Positions 15,026-28,014 of a stretch of DNA of 64,000 nt are shown here, one piece after another. Source of the stretch: Tubiluchus corallicola (taxonomy: Eukaryota; Animalia; Priapulida); assembly GCA_030141605.1 (NCBI GenBank), contig JAQGDQ010000068.1, positions 310,001-374,000 on the forward strand, written 5' to 3'. The notes under the pieces were generated by a model that did not search any database, was not told where the DNA came from, and saw only the letters and a program-made list of their open reading frames with translations. Position numbers and translations under genes: made by a program. The first letter of the stretch is position 1; each line of letters starts with the position of its first letter.

Positions 15026-16616
15026 CAAGGCTGGCAGAACGGAGCGATACGAAAAAAATTTCCGTACTTCGTACGTCTAAAAATATCATACCGTAATTGT
15101 GTACCGTACCTACAAAATCGAATCCGTACTGTACAACTACGATAAAATGTTGTACCGTAATTTCGTACCATATTCCGTACGAAGTGCATGTAGGATCTAC
15201 TATAAAAAGACAAAGACTAGCATAAAAGTTAATTGCAAAAACGATAAGTTTATCAATTATTGTTATGAATTTATGCATGCTATAAAAACAGAACTGCTAT
15301 TTGAACTTCCATACTATTTATTTTATTCAGGTACTATTTCATATACTTATTCCGGTACTTTATTCCATACTATTTATTTTGTTTAGGTTACAAAAGTTAC
15401 ACGAAATTATACACAAAATATCAATTTATTTTGAGTTACTTTTTCTTAATAAATAATTTTTATTTTTATTTTCGTGTCGGTAGACACGGAAAGTTACGGT
15501 TTGTCTTAAATTATCTGCTCACTAGTGACAAATTTTATGATGATTCAAATTAATTGTCTTGCCTAAAACATTTGTAATTATACCACGCAAGCTACGCAGG
15601 GTAACGTATCGAATTTTTTTCGTTGGCAAAGCAAATCTTTAGTTCAGACGTTACACTCAAGCTATGCAGATTTTTTGAAACAAGAACGAATGTAGGTGAA
15701 AACGGCACAGGTACAAATGGCATAGGAAAAAAATATGCATGGCAGTACGTTCTATACAATTGACGTCTAACATAATGTCAATCATTTTCGTTGACTGCCC
15801 AATCAGCGTGCAAGTTATTTCACACACCCCTGCAGCAAGTACGTTCGCGACATTTAGCTACAGCTCCGTCTAACACTGTTATGAAAAATGTTCAACTTTT
15901 CATTAGTTAGCGGGAGACATAGGCCTTGTTCTAGATTTTATTATTGTCAATTGAAATTACAAGTGAATTAGTGGAAATATATATACTAGTTTCGTTTGCA
16001 TGAAGAAATGCATAACGCTTTCGTCTATGAGTTGCTGATTAAACCATTTTGCAATCAAGAAAATACGCAGTTTAGTTTAGTTTATGGCTTTGCAAGTTAG
16101 ATAAAACAACTATTTGGATAACTTCAAATAAGGACAAAACAAAATATTTTCTTTTTGTTGCCCCGAATGCTGAGCGTGCTTACGTTGCAGCGGGGGCGGA
16201 GCGAAGCGATAGACCAATATGTTTGACGTCATTCCCAGAAATAGAAGTGAGAGCGGCGGGTTACATGAATAGGTGTCAAATGTGGTAAGCAATATACCCA
16301 GTCTGTATACGTACAACAATAAAGTTAAGGTAATTTACGGGAAATGACAACCCGTGCTTCTAAACAATTAGCCACCTTTGCATCCAAGCCGAACCGTTTT
16401 CTAGCCGTTTTGTTTGCGTATGTTAATTAGGGGAGTTCAATAAGTCCCCACCTAATAGGCAAAACAAGTCGTCATGCTGATTTGCTGACCACTAAAAACA
16501 TTACAAGAACACGAGTGAAATGGTACGGAAAAGGTACGATAAAGCTACGAAAAAAATACCGCTATTTCGTGCTTCACGTAACTGTTAAAAATTACCGTAC
16601 CGTACTGCCAGCCTCG
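15026..16616. mobile_element. Non-autonomous hAT-type DNA transposon (~1.6 kb)
   Basis: TIRs CAAGGCTGGCAGAACGG (15026) and CCGTACTGCCAGCCTCG (ends 16616). 8-bp flanks TTCGTGTG / TTGGTGAG (TTGGTGTG after the duplicated end at 17272). Subterminal CGTAC/GTACG-rich arrays and no transposase ORF. Confidence 0.75.
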
Positions 16617-16999
16617 TTGGTGAGCCAAAATAGATTATGTATTGTCGTTGATACTGAATGATAATAAAAATCAGCAAAAACAAAGAAGTACCAACTGGGC
16701 TAAATTAATCTGGACGAATTTGGTTCAGTCATGCATTTGTACACTGCACTTGAAAACTTATAGTCAGTTTGCCAATCTTATAACAGCTGCGATGGAGCAA
16801 AAGTAGTCTTTCGTACTCAGGGAAAAAAGCGAGAAGAACTAACTATAAACAATTTCGCGGACTCGGTACTTCTTTTCCCTTTGCTTTCCCCACCCTCTTT
16901 CTTTTTTCCCTCTTTGTTTCTTTCGTTCTGTTTTTCGTTCTTGCTTTCTTCTTTCTTCTTTCTTTCTTTCTTTCGTTCTGTTTTTCGTTCTTGCTTTGT

Positions 17000-17041
<42 letters not shown>

Positions 17042-17655
17042 TTTCTTCCTTCCTTCCTTCCTTCCTTTCTTTCTTTCTTTCTTTTGATTTAACTTTTTAT
17101 TTGCTTCTTTTCTTCTTCTGCAAGTCGTCATGTTGATTTGCTGACCACTATAAACATTACAAGAACACGAGTAAAATGGTACGGAAAAGGTACGATAAAG
17201 CTACGAAAAAAGTACCGCTATTTCGTGCTTCACGTAACTGTTAAAAATTACCGTACCGTACTGCCAGCCTCGTTGGTGTGCCAAAATAGATTATGTATTG
17301 TCGTTGATACTGAATGATAATAAAAATCAGCAAAAACAAAGAAGTACCAACTGGGCTAAATTAATCTGGACGAATTTGGTCCAGTCATGCATTTGTACAC
17401 TGCACTTGAAAACTTATAGTCAGTTTGCCAATCTTATAACAGCTGCGATGGAGCAAAAGTAGTCTTTCGTACTCAGGGAAAAAAGCGAGAAGAACTAACT
17501 ATAAACAATTTCGCGGACTCGGTACTTCTTTTCCCTTTGCTTTCCCCACCCTCTTTCTTTTTCCCTCTTTGTTTCTTTCGTTCTGTTTTTCGTTCTTGCT
17601 TTCTTCTTTCTTTCTTTCTTTCTTTCTTTCGTTCTGTTTTTCGTTCTTGCTTTCT

Positions 17656-17717
<62 letters not shown>

Positions 17718-17783
17718 TTTCTTCTTTTTTTCTTTCTTTCTTTCTTTTGATTTAACTTTTTATTTGCTTCTTTTCTTCTTCTG
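16465..17783. repeat. 656-bp near-identical tandem duplication containing (CTTT)n tracts
   Basis: CAAGTCGTCATG.TGATTTGCTGACCACTA begins at both 16465 and 17121, and the sequences stay colinear through the CTTT tract. Confidence 0.95.
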
Positions 17784-19019
17784 CCGTTATTTTTCTCCTT
17801 TCCTACCTTTTACCTCTTTTTTCATTTTTCCTTTCTCAGGTTCTTTTATCTTTTCCTCCCTTTTCTCTTCCTTTATCTTTAGTACCAGTAGGCACTACAA
17901 TAAGCATGCCCGCTGGCCATAACGCACGTGATTTACACGAGATCGATGCTGATGCTGCACCATCTGCCGCATGGGGCAGCAGACCTGGATGCGTGAAAAA
18001 TGAAGCCGGCCGCCGGTCTTAGCAGTTATTCCTAAGCAAAAGAAACGTGACGCATATAATTCCAGGGAACAGAGAAAGCTGAAGCGGTCTGGTATAGGCC
18101 TGTAACATTTTGTCTCGCTTCCAGAACATTTTGACTTGAAAGACAGTGGCTGCATGCTACATACGTTATTTGACCTAGGATGCATGTTTCCGGTCAACGA
18201 CCTCTAATACAAGCACGGTTTCCTAAAACAATAAAAATAAATCACTTGTCTGCCTGTTTCCTTTGCAGCTTTCATTACAATGAAATAAAATGTGCTGGCA
18301 TCATTGATCAAAGTGGGTGGGTAGCTTTAGTGATGCAGCTGGGAAGACTGGAAAGCCGACTGGTGGCATATTAACTTGACGAATGATAGTTCACTTACGA
18401 CATGCATCATCCGAAACATGACTTTTTTTTACATTAATGATGAGAAAGATAATTTCGGTCATTGTTGGACAGTGTGCAAAGCTGCTTTAAATATTAAGTT
18501 TTGTTAAGGGAAAACCGGACGAAAAACAGCATTTTAGGCAGTTTAAAATAACTTTTAATTTATGTTAAGTCGTAAAACGCAGAGGGCTGGGGTAAAAAGC
18601 TTTCAAAGTAGGCACTTAGGTAAGGCTGTAAAGGGCATAAATTGATTTTTTAAACCAATAACTCGGTCAAGGGTCAAGGATACTGGACATCTGTCAGTTC
18701 GAGTCGTAACTTTGAATTCTCGTAACTCTAAAACTGGGTTATGAGTTCCGACAATGATGTAGTTGAAAGAGCTGTGATTGTTTAAGGCCCGTGACAGGTG
18801 TCAATATGTGAATATTAGGGCAAACTGCTCGGTCACACATGAATAAACCGTGCCGAGAATCGCTGATAATTATACATGAGCACCGCCTAAAGGTAAAAAA
18901 GGGAACTGTTTGGAGCCCGAGACACTTGTTTGGTGCCATTTGACTTGAGTAAATTATACTAGACCAATCATAATCAAATGGTAAACATGGTCATGTTAGC
19001 TAATTTGGGACTAAATTCA

Positions 19020-19632
19020 TTTAATTTTTTATTTATAGGAATTGAGCGCATCGGCCTACATTCGTACGTCTATTGAAAATGTGCAAAGGTATTTCATTAA
19101 AAAATTGTACGCTAGGTGTAGATTTACTGTTGTGTTTTACTCTAACAGACTTTTAGCTTTGAATATGTTGTCATTAGAAGATAGAAGAATTCATTATGAT
19201 CTAAAAATGTGATACAATATCATCCGTAGGCGTAGGGAAAATGACTTAGATGGAAATGAGTTTTTTACACAAACTCCTAGAATTTCTAGGTGTCATTGCC
19301 ACAAACTATGGTAGTATCTGTATCATCTGTAGCTCAAAACTCGTTTGCCAATAAAGTTGTCAAGTACTGGATTTCTCTTCCTGAACATGCAAATGGGTCT
19401 CCACTGTAAATACTGGCTCCAGTAAATTATTTAGTCAAAGATTAATGAAAATTGTCTTCCCAATACATTTCTACTTCTGTAGAAACAAATAAGTAGTAAT
19501 TCTTCTGTTTGTGTCTCTCCCGTATCCATTTCAACCTATCTTGTTTATTATTGTAAATATTTTATTGTTTTATGCGTTTAAATTTTAATGTATGCTTGGA
19601 TGCTTTAATAAAATTAAAACAAAATAAAAAGA
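19020..19632 (+). mobile_element. CR1-like LINE 3' fragment (decayed)
   Basis: 'IENVQRYFIKK', 'RLLALNMLSLEDRRIHYDL' and 'FANKVVKYW' motifs, ending in an A-rich tail near 19607-19631. Confidence 0.75.
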
Positions 19633-20372
19633 TGCACTGTTCAAGAATCGTCTTACCTCGTCAAAGTTTTCCTTTTCCGCGATTTCCAGAGAATTTAGAA
19701 TATACGTATGTGTGTGTACATTTTAAGAACATTTTTGGTCATATGTTGGTGAAAAAAGGTGCTTTTTAATTTCTTGTACACTGCAGTCTATTTATGGTTT
19801 ATTATGTTGTGTGTTTTAATCATTAAGTGGTGCTTGCAGTATATGCTAGCTTGGTTCATTATCTACGTTTCTCATACATTCCTCTCAGGACCTATTTTAA
19901 ATATATACATAATATTATGTAGATGAACTATTTCAAGCTTATTTGCATGCGTGGCGTGTAACACGAATGCATGGCGAATAATTTTCATTTCTAGATTATG
20001 CGTTTTGTTAGTCCCAATACCGATCCGGGGACCCGATCCGAGATTAGCGTTATACCGATCCAGAAATTAAAATGAATACCGGGACTGAGATTCTCTCTCC
20101 GCCGCTAGAAGGCGCAAGCATTCAGTGTAAAGTGCATTATCACTGTTCGACTGAACTTTACTGTGTTGCAATCAATTGAAATCTCTTAAACGTTAAATAT
20201 GAACGAAGATTTATTAGCCGATGTTTGCAGCACATAGACCTAGCTGATAGGCCTAGCTAACTGCTTCAAAATAGTTTCAAAATCGCGTGCCTTTATTTGG
20301 TTATGTAATGTATATGTAGTTACTCAAATATTGCCGCGTAAACTGTGAAATTATTATTATTGTTGCTGTTGC

Positions 20373-20407
20373 TATCATCATCATCATCGTCATCGTCATC
20401 GTCATCG

Positions 20408-20438
<31 letters not shown>

Positions 20439-20439
20439 T
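20373..20439. repeat. (ATC/GTC)n microsatellite
   Basis: CATCATCAT/CGTCAT run. Confidence 0.9.
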
Positions 20440-21077
20440 AAATTTAGGTAAGAAATGTACTTATCATTGTTAAATAAAGTTAAATAAAAAATCCAAGGAG
20501 TTTAGCTTTATGATTGAACTATTATCTTATGGTCGTCTTATTTGATTTCTTCTATGCTTAATACTCTTAAGATATTTACTGTACTCCCTGCTCATACCTT
20601 TTCGTTACTGTCTTCCAATTTCTGACAAATTATGCATGACGTCTTGACTACTGTAACACGTCTGGCTTCAGAACCAGTTTTGCACGTATAACGCATTTCC
20701 TTTGCATTTGCGGTTTATGCAGTGTAGTTTTTAATGCGTTTGAGCTTTTGGCTTGTGGTGTCTCGTTGCTGCAGTAAGTAGGTAGTTTATTTATAAAATT
20801 GCAGTAAAAGCTACATAACACAAAAGTTAACCGAAATCTATAAAAGTGATAAAATACACAGCATGTAAAATTGTCTTTTGTCTGCAATGAGTGTCCACTG
20901 TAACTTTACTGTGAAAAACTTGAAAGGCAGATTATAACACTGACCTAACTATAGTTTTGTAATAAGCATCAGTTGGTTATCAGAAAGATCAAAAAGTAGT
21001 GCAAGTAAAAACTTGTTTTGAGCCATTTGTTTGTATTTGCGATTTGTATCATAAATATTTTTATCGATGTACGGCGC

Positions 21078-21144
21078 TATATACGGCATTACGGCAATGT
21101 ACGGCATTATTTCTTAGCACAATGAGCCGAGCACTAGCAAGCAA
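21078..21144 (+). promoter_or_regulatory. Putative TATA and non-coding first exon of paralog A
   Basis: TATATA at 21078, donor caa|gtaagt at 21144/5 and strong acceptor tttttcag at 21300, 19 nt before the ATG. Confidence 0.35.
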
Positions 21145-21318
21145 GTAAGTAGCATCTTATAAAGCAACATTTTATGTAATAGTATTTGTTGTCACCAATT
21201 ATTTAGACCTATTGAACCACATTTGTCTTATCTCAAACTTGTGAAAGCACATTGTGCAACGATAGTAGGTTTCCTTTAACAATAATTATTTATTTTTCAG
21301 GTGTTGGGCTACAGAGAT

Positions 21319-24300
21319 ATGAATGTTTTAATAACCACCACGATTTTTGTGTTACTGGTACAGCTGGCGACATCTAGTGATTGGCGAATGAAACGTCAAG
21401 CTACCCAAAATCTAAAAAGCTTGCCGCAGAGTGCATTAGATGGTTAGTACCTGTATTACAATTGATTATCAATTAATAACATTTTTAATTGTCACTATTG
21501 AACAACAGCTGCCATACTTGCAGATGATTTTTTTTGAACTTCTGAAACGCTTCGGATGGATCACTCTACATCATCAGCCTGTTTTAGAAAATTAAGTGAA
21601 CTGTACTAAGAGTACTCTTGTACAATTCACTTATTTTTAAAACAGGCTAATGATGTACAGTTAGTACAGTTCACTTATTTTTTAGAACGGGATGATGATG
21701 TACAGTCGATGTTTATTAACCAATAGTTCAATAAATATCCAATTTGTCATTAATAATAAAAGTTGCTTTGTGATTATTAATTACTAATGTCTGTAACTTC
21801 GTTATATTAACTCTGGCTGTTACTTAGTTCTACGATTGGTGGGATACACCATCAACCTCCGGAAAAGTTTCTCTAAACTGGTTTGTTTTATTTCATTGAA
21901 TTTAAGTTTTGTGAAGTGGCCTTAATAACCCGTAGAAGCATCTTGGTCAACAAAAAATTGCAAATGTTGACATTTATTATTTTTAAAGCCAAGTATACGA
22001 ACAGAATAATTTGTTGTAATTCATTGTTACTATCTAAATATAATGTTTTGGCAATTTAAATAAATTCCTGTTGAACTAAATTCAAAAAAGTGTCAGTGTG
22101 CTGATAAAGTCATTATGGTAAAACCAGAAAATAGATTAAAAACCAAAATGAAACCAGAAATAAGAATAAAAACCAAACGTTTTATTTTGGTACAGGAATT
22201 TCCAGAGCCGGCACAACTTACCTGAAGAAGTTGTATTTGGCGAAATACAAGAGCCTGAAAAATCAAAGGGATGCTGCTTTGGTTGAAAAAGATAAATGTG
22301 TGGAAAAGGCCAAACAAGTAAAAAAGAACTAATATAGCATGCTTTGACACCGCTTAATTTAAAAACTGTCATGGTTAATCCTTTTCGTTGGGTGGGCAAT
22401 TGTTTGATTTTAAAATTGATTTCCTTTTTTAAATGAAGTTCACAATTTGTAGTAAAACAGTGCTGTTTTGGGATCAGCAAAAGTTATCGATAACGATAAC
22501 AACTTCCTTTTTCGAGACTGAAAATGACATTTTACTCATACAATTTTGCCCTCACGGGCCTCATTAAAAAGTAAATAGTTGGCAATTGGATATATTGCCA
22601 AACACTGCTAATACTGACAGAACATTATGAATAAAAATGGTAGAGTGCAAAATTGCATAGGATTAATCAGCAAAATGACTAACATTATATAACAAACACT
22701 GACACCTAGCTTGCATATGCATAACTAAACAAGACTTTCTAATGTAGTATTTTTGTTCATTTGGCTGGTATAGTTCAATTCTTATTAATAATTCATTTTT
22801 ATTATTCTCTAGTTTAATCGAGTTCTCCTTAATTGTTTTATCAGTGTTGTGTAGTCGAAATCGCTTTCAAAAACAATTCGTGCTTTTTTTTGTTTACAGT
22901 TGAAGCCCATGAAGCCAGCATTTTTAGGTCAAATAGGTGAATTACTTATTTTGATGCTTGAAAGTCAAAATGCTGCCGTTTTGTAAGGAACGCAAAACAA
23001 ATGAGTTCAACCTCATTTGTTTCTCTTCACAACTTGATAAGCATTAGTTGTCAAAAACTATAGCCACGTCATTTTTATTGTCAGATCAAAGAAGAACTAA
23101 ACACAAGAAATAAAGCAAAGCTGGAAAACATTTGTGCTCCATGTGTAAAAGAAAAGTGTAAAGCATTTAGCAGAGAATGTGGTAAGTATACTTGTATTGC
23201 AATATTCACCTTGGTTTCAAGAACTATAAAAAATTTACTGACACGATTCTTTTAATAGGGAAATAACATCATAAGCCAAGTGTAATATCGGATATAAATA
23301 GTCATTTTAAAAGTAAAAGTCTTCTGAAAATGTGAAGAAAACAATGCGTACTAAAGCGTCATCGGTATATTATGTAACTCACATAAGGGTCGCAGATTTT
23401 CGGTGGGTTTTTTGGTTTTCCATATATTTACAAAGGTACGGAAGTAGTTTTCTGAATATCATCATCTTGCTTCTGCCATTCAGTTTAAGATGCCAACAAT
23501 TATAAAGCCATAGAAAAATTAGATGAATATGTACCAGCTGAACACTCACTTCATCTAATTAACCTTTAACTCGACTTTATTTCAACTTGATTAATCACGG
23601 CTTCTGTAACCGGATGTTGCATTTTCTCACAACAATCCTTAGATTCTTATAACATACTCATCTTACCCATGTTGTTACATTTATAATAAAAATTTTTTCT
23701 AAAACCATACTGACTAGTTTTGGGTTGGTGTTCATCTTAGTTACACTTCAAGCAACTGCACAGACGAAAAACTAAACTTTATTTGTAAACTGAAATAATC
23801 AAATTATTCATTCATTTTGATCATTAATTGCAGCAACAGCAAAGCTGGCAACGACTGAGCCAACATGCAGTCAAATCACGTCTCTCGCTGATCTGTCAGA
23901 TGAAGAAAAGAAGAAACAGTCAGTGCAACTTTGCTCGTACTACGTCCGTGAATGTGATCCTAAAAGAGAGAAGTTTTTCTCTACTGAATGCTTGGCACAT
24001 GTAAAGAGCAAATGTACAGCTAAAGCAAAAGATTGTGGTAAGTCGTCGTTTGTACTAATTGAAAACTGCAAAACATCTGCCTGTTACAAACTGTTTCACA
24101 CAAAAATTGTGCTCACTTGGCAATTTCTATGAAACAACTTTAGTTTGGGTAAATTCAGTAAAATTCGGTCAACGTTTTATGAATGACGGGTAGTAAAATG
24201 ATTCTTTTTAATGGTCTGATCGGGTTTTGTCTAGCGCAAGTTGCTGTAAGCAGGATGACCTTGGACGTTAGTCAGAGCTGGGACCGGTTATTTTTTATCG

Positions 24301-27300
24301 GTTAACCGTTCTCTGATTAACCGATTAATCAGATCTAAGTAACATCGGAGGCGCTCTGTAATTTGCCGACTAGATCATTGGAAAACCAAATAAACATATG
24401 CAAACATATCAAGTGAAACTTTAGAAGAATATGTTCAAATAAGAATGAAACTTTTATACGTAGAAAGTCTACATAGAAAGTGAGAAGTCTCTGTTTGTAA
24501 GAATGCCAAGCGTTGTTTTGTTGAAATAAGCGCAACACTTTCCTACATAGAAATGAAAAGTCTCTACAGTAAAGATGTAGTGAAGGTTCAAATTTTTTAT
24601 CATTTATAATTTTTTGTATAAAAATCGGTTAACCGTACTGCTCAAAGCACATTTAACAAAAATCCGTATGATACGAGCTGTTGCTGATAGATTTTGTCTC
24701 TTGTATAACAAATATTGGAATACCAAGTTCTATGTTAATCTGTTCGGTGATTTTTCTTGTTCATCGTCTCTGCAATATAACTTGTAAGTCGACACTATGT
24801 CTCTTGTATAACAAATATTGGAATACCAAGTTCTATGTTAATCTGTTCGGCGATTTTTCTTGTTCAGGGTCTCTGCAATATAACTTGTAAGTCGACACTA
24901 TGTCTCTTGTATAACAAATATTGGAATACCAAGTTCTATGTTAATCTGTTCGGCGATTTTTCTTGTTCAGGGTCTCTGCAATATAACTTGCAAGTCGACA
25001 CCTATTTGTGTTGTGTTATGTTGTACCTGGATGAGCTATTGGTTTGATATTCGGTAAAATAATTAAGTAATCAAGTTGTCAAATATCATTAATCTATTTT
25101 TTAATTCGGTTTTTAATTTTATTTTGTGTAGCTCCTAGTGGCTTTTGCGGAACACCCATCGTTGGTTATACATGTCCTTTGGTAGAACTAGGCATTGAAG
25201 AACTAAAGGACGAAGTTTTGGATCCAGCCAGTGACTTTTTCACATCTTTAGGAGGTATCATCAATCATTTTCTGTAATAAAGGTGTTCTGGTAGAAACAG
25301 TATGTTAACATCCGCACTGTCAGAATGTTTAAAACCAAGTTATATGGTAGGAAAATTTGTTTTGTAAAAATAATATTTTTACGTCATTATGAGTCATAAA
25401 GTTGATTGATGTCCAGGTTCATCATGAAAAACAATTAATAACTATTCAAAACATTCGACCTGATGAATCTGCGTGTCTTGAATGGGCGTACCTTTCACAA
25501 CACACAGTGCAAGTTAGAAGAGAATTAAACCTGTAATTTACCTACTGGGGCACTGACTTTCTATGAAAAAAACACCAGACAACATCGTGGTTATTGATTT
25601 ACTTCAGATACTTGTGGCTATGTACTAAATCTATGTCTTTTCTCTTTTTCTGTGTGGCAGAATTAGGATGCTGAAGTTAAAGATTTTTGCTCTTTACGTC
25701 AATTTTAAATATCTTCAAATGATTGTTCATCACTCACAATGATGACATCCTGGGCGAGCGTCTGTGTTATAATTAAGATTGATTGCTTTACATGTTATTT
25801 TTCTATTTTTACTGTTTATTTCGACCAGTTTTGTACTTTTGTTTAAACAATTAAAGTGATTCAGGTTATAGGGGACATTGTTAGTAGAAATTGACAATGT
25901 CAGTACTGCCTCAGAAAACGAGCCTTTTCACAGTTTCGTTGTGCGCACGCGCAGTTGCTGTAGGTCAAAGATTAAGGGTAGCACAGCAACGTGTCTTAAA
26001 AACAACAGTCACGTGACATGTGGGTAAGGCAAAGCCGTCTGCTGCATCTGTTCAGTAACTTTACTTTGCTTAATTATGCATTCGTTTGTGCATAGAGTGA
26101 TTTACCAGCAGGATCTTGCTTGGAAACCAGAAAAATGAAGTAAGGTTCTAGCTAGCTGTTAAAACTATTACAACAGCATGGGCTGCGAGGCGCGTTGTCA
26201 AGTGTACACAAACGCGTTGTCTGGTACACTTAAAGGACAAGAAAAGGGTACCTGAAGTAGATTTCGTAAAAACCGCCTTGAAGAATTATTTCGTGCATAT
26301 ATCGTACTCGCGTTAAAATGAATTTTTGTTTGTTTTCATCTTAAATCTCCCGCAATACTGTTACGACGGTGCCATTACATAAGGTCACTTACGCAAACGT
26401 GAATCTAGCGTAATCTAGAGCAAACGTAAATGTTAATATATTAAATATCAATTTCCCACACGGGAAATAAAAATGATCATAGAACCATGTACGCGAGAAG
26501 AATAGGAAACTTATAGGCAAAACCCAATAAATGTTAAATTATATCCCAAAAAACTTTCCATGCAAATCTATATTACTTAGCATTTCGCTTACCTTCTGGA
26601 AAGACCTATGTAACTAGAAATAATAAATTAAAATGATCGTTGCTACTGGTAAAATATCGCTGGCTCTTCCTACAGGGTGCTCTGGTTATTTTTTCAAACA
26701 ACTCAGTGGTATCTAACCTTCTTTCAAACGACCTACCATCAAAATGGCTAGCTTAACGGTCATCGCCGGAGTTTAAACTTACACGCTTTATACAGCCTTG
26801 CCGCCGACGCCAAATCCTGCATGCAAAAAGGCAGTATGTAAATGGTATAAAATTTCGAGACGAATTTTTAAGCTTTATCTAAGTGGGCGGCTTTCTTGTG
26901 CTTTAACCATTCACGTTTTCACGTTCATCATCAGTCGCTGGAACTGTGAAAAGGCATATTGACCTCTCATTATAACAATTTGGTACCCATAGAATATGTG
27001 TTTACGTTCTTCTTGAAGCAAGTGAGATTTCTTAGTTAGCAGGCTTAGATAAACTAATTTGATAAAAAATTGTTGCAGGATCTGTTGTGAGTGCTTTCGG
27101 TACAGAAGCGGTACAGTTTTTTGACAGCACTATTGGCGATTTCTTAACTGGAGATGTTGCAGACTTTTTTGAGAAAGACGTCTTGGAAAACATCCTTCCA
27201 GACGAAGTTACAAACTTTTTCTCAGAAGAACTGGCGAACACATTAGATGTTTTTGATTTTGGGCTAGATTTTGACCTTGGTGGTAATTAAGTGCACTATC

Positions 27301-27983
27301 ACAGTCTCCGAAAACATAAAATAGTACATATCAAAGGGTCACGCTTTTTAATTTCAAAATGCACCTAATAAGATAATGTTACCATAACTATTGTCGTCGG
27401 TTTATTAAGTTTTTTTAAATTCATAACTGAAAACTTACTAGGAAAAGTTAGATTCGGTTTACTATCTTAGTATAAAACATTGTTCTCTTTCTCAGCGAGT
27501 GATACTCATTCAGTGATTTGTGATTGGCAAGTTCGTTTAAGCTCTTCAATAGCCATAAACGTGGTCCTAACTTTAGGATATCCTGTTTCATTCTGCCTGC
27601 GCTGACGCTATTACAATGTTCGCTATTCGTTCCTAAGCAAAATTGTCGTTCAAATTTTGCAGGCATTGGCGACTTATTCGGGAATCTTGGAGATATCCTT
27701 GTTGATATTGACTTCGGCGATATTCTGGGTGTTTTGAATCTGGGTAATCTTGGTGACATAGACTTTAGCGATCTTAACCCATTCAAACGTAAACGCAGAG
27801 CGGCAGCAGCACCACCAACATGTACAGACATTGAAGTCAAAGAAACTAGGGAGAAAGCATGTAAGTTCTAGCTATCATCTGGGACTAAGATCTTTATATA
27901 TATCTCCCCCTCTCTATCTCTCTCTCTCTCTCTCTCTCACTCTATCTCTCTCACTCTCACTCACTCACTCTCGCTCGCTCTTG

Positions 27984-28014
<31 letters not shown>

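Noticed and set aside
16817-17922. K/E/R-rich and F/S/L-rich ORFs
   Set aside because: These are translations of (CTTT)n tracts.
23085-24037. Saposin-like assignment for the Cys-rich exons
   Set aside because: A CxxC and helical character are present, but the spacing (C-x21-C-x6-C-x11-C-x7-C-x6-C) does not fit the saposin pattern. A profile or structure search is needed.
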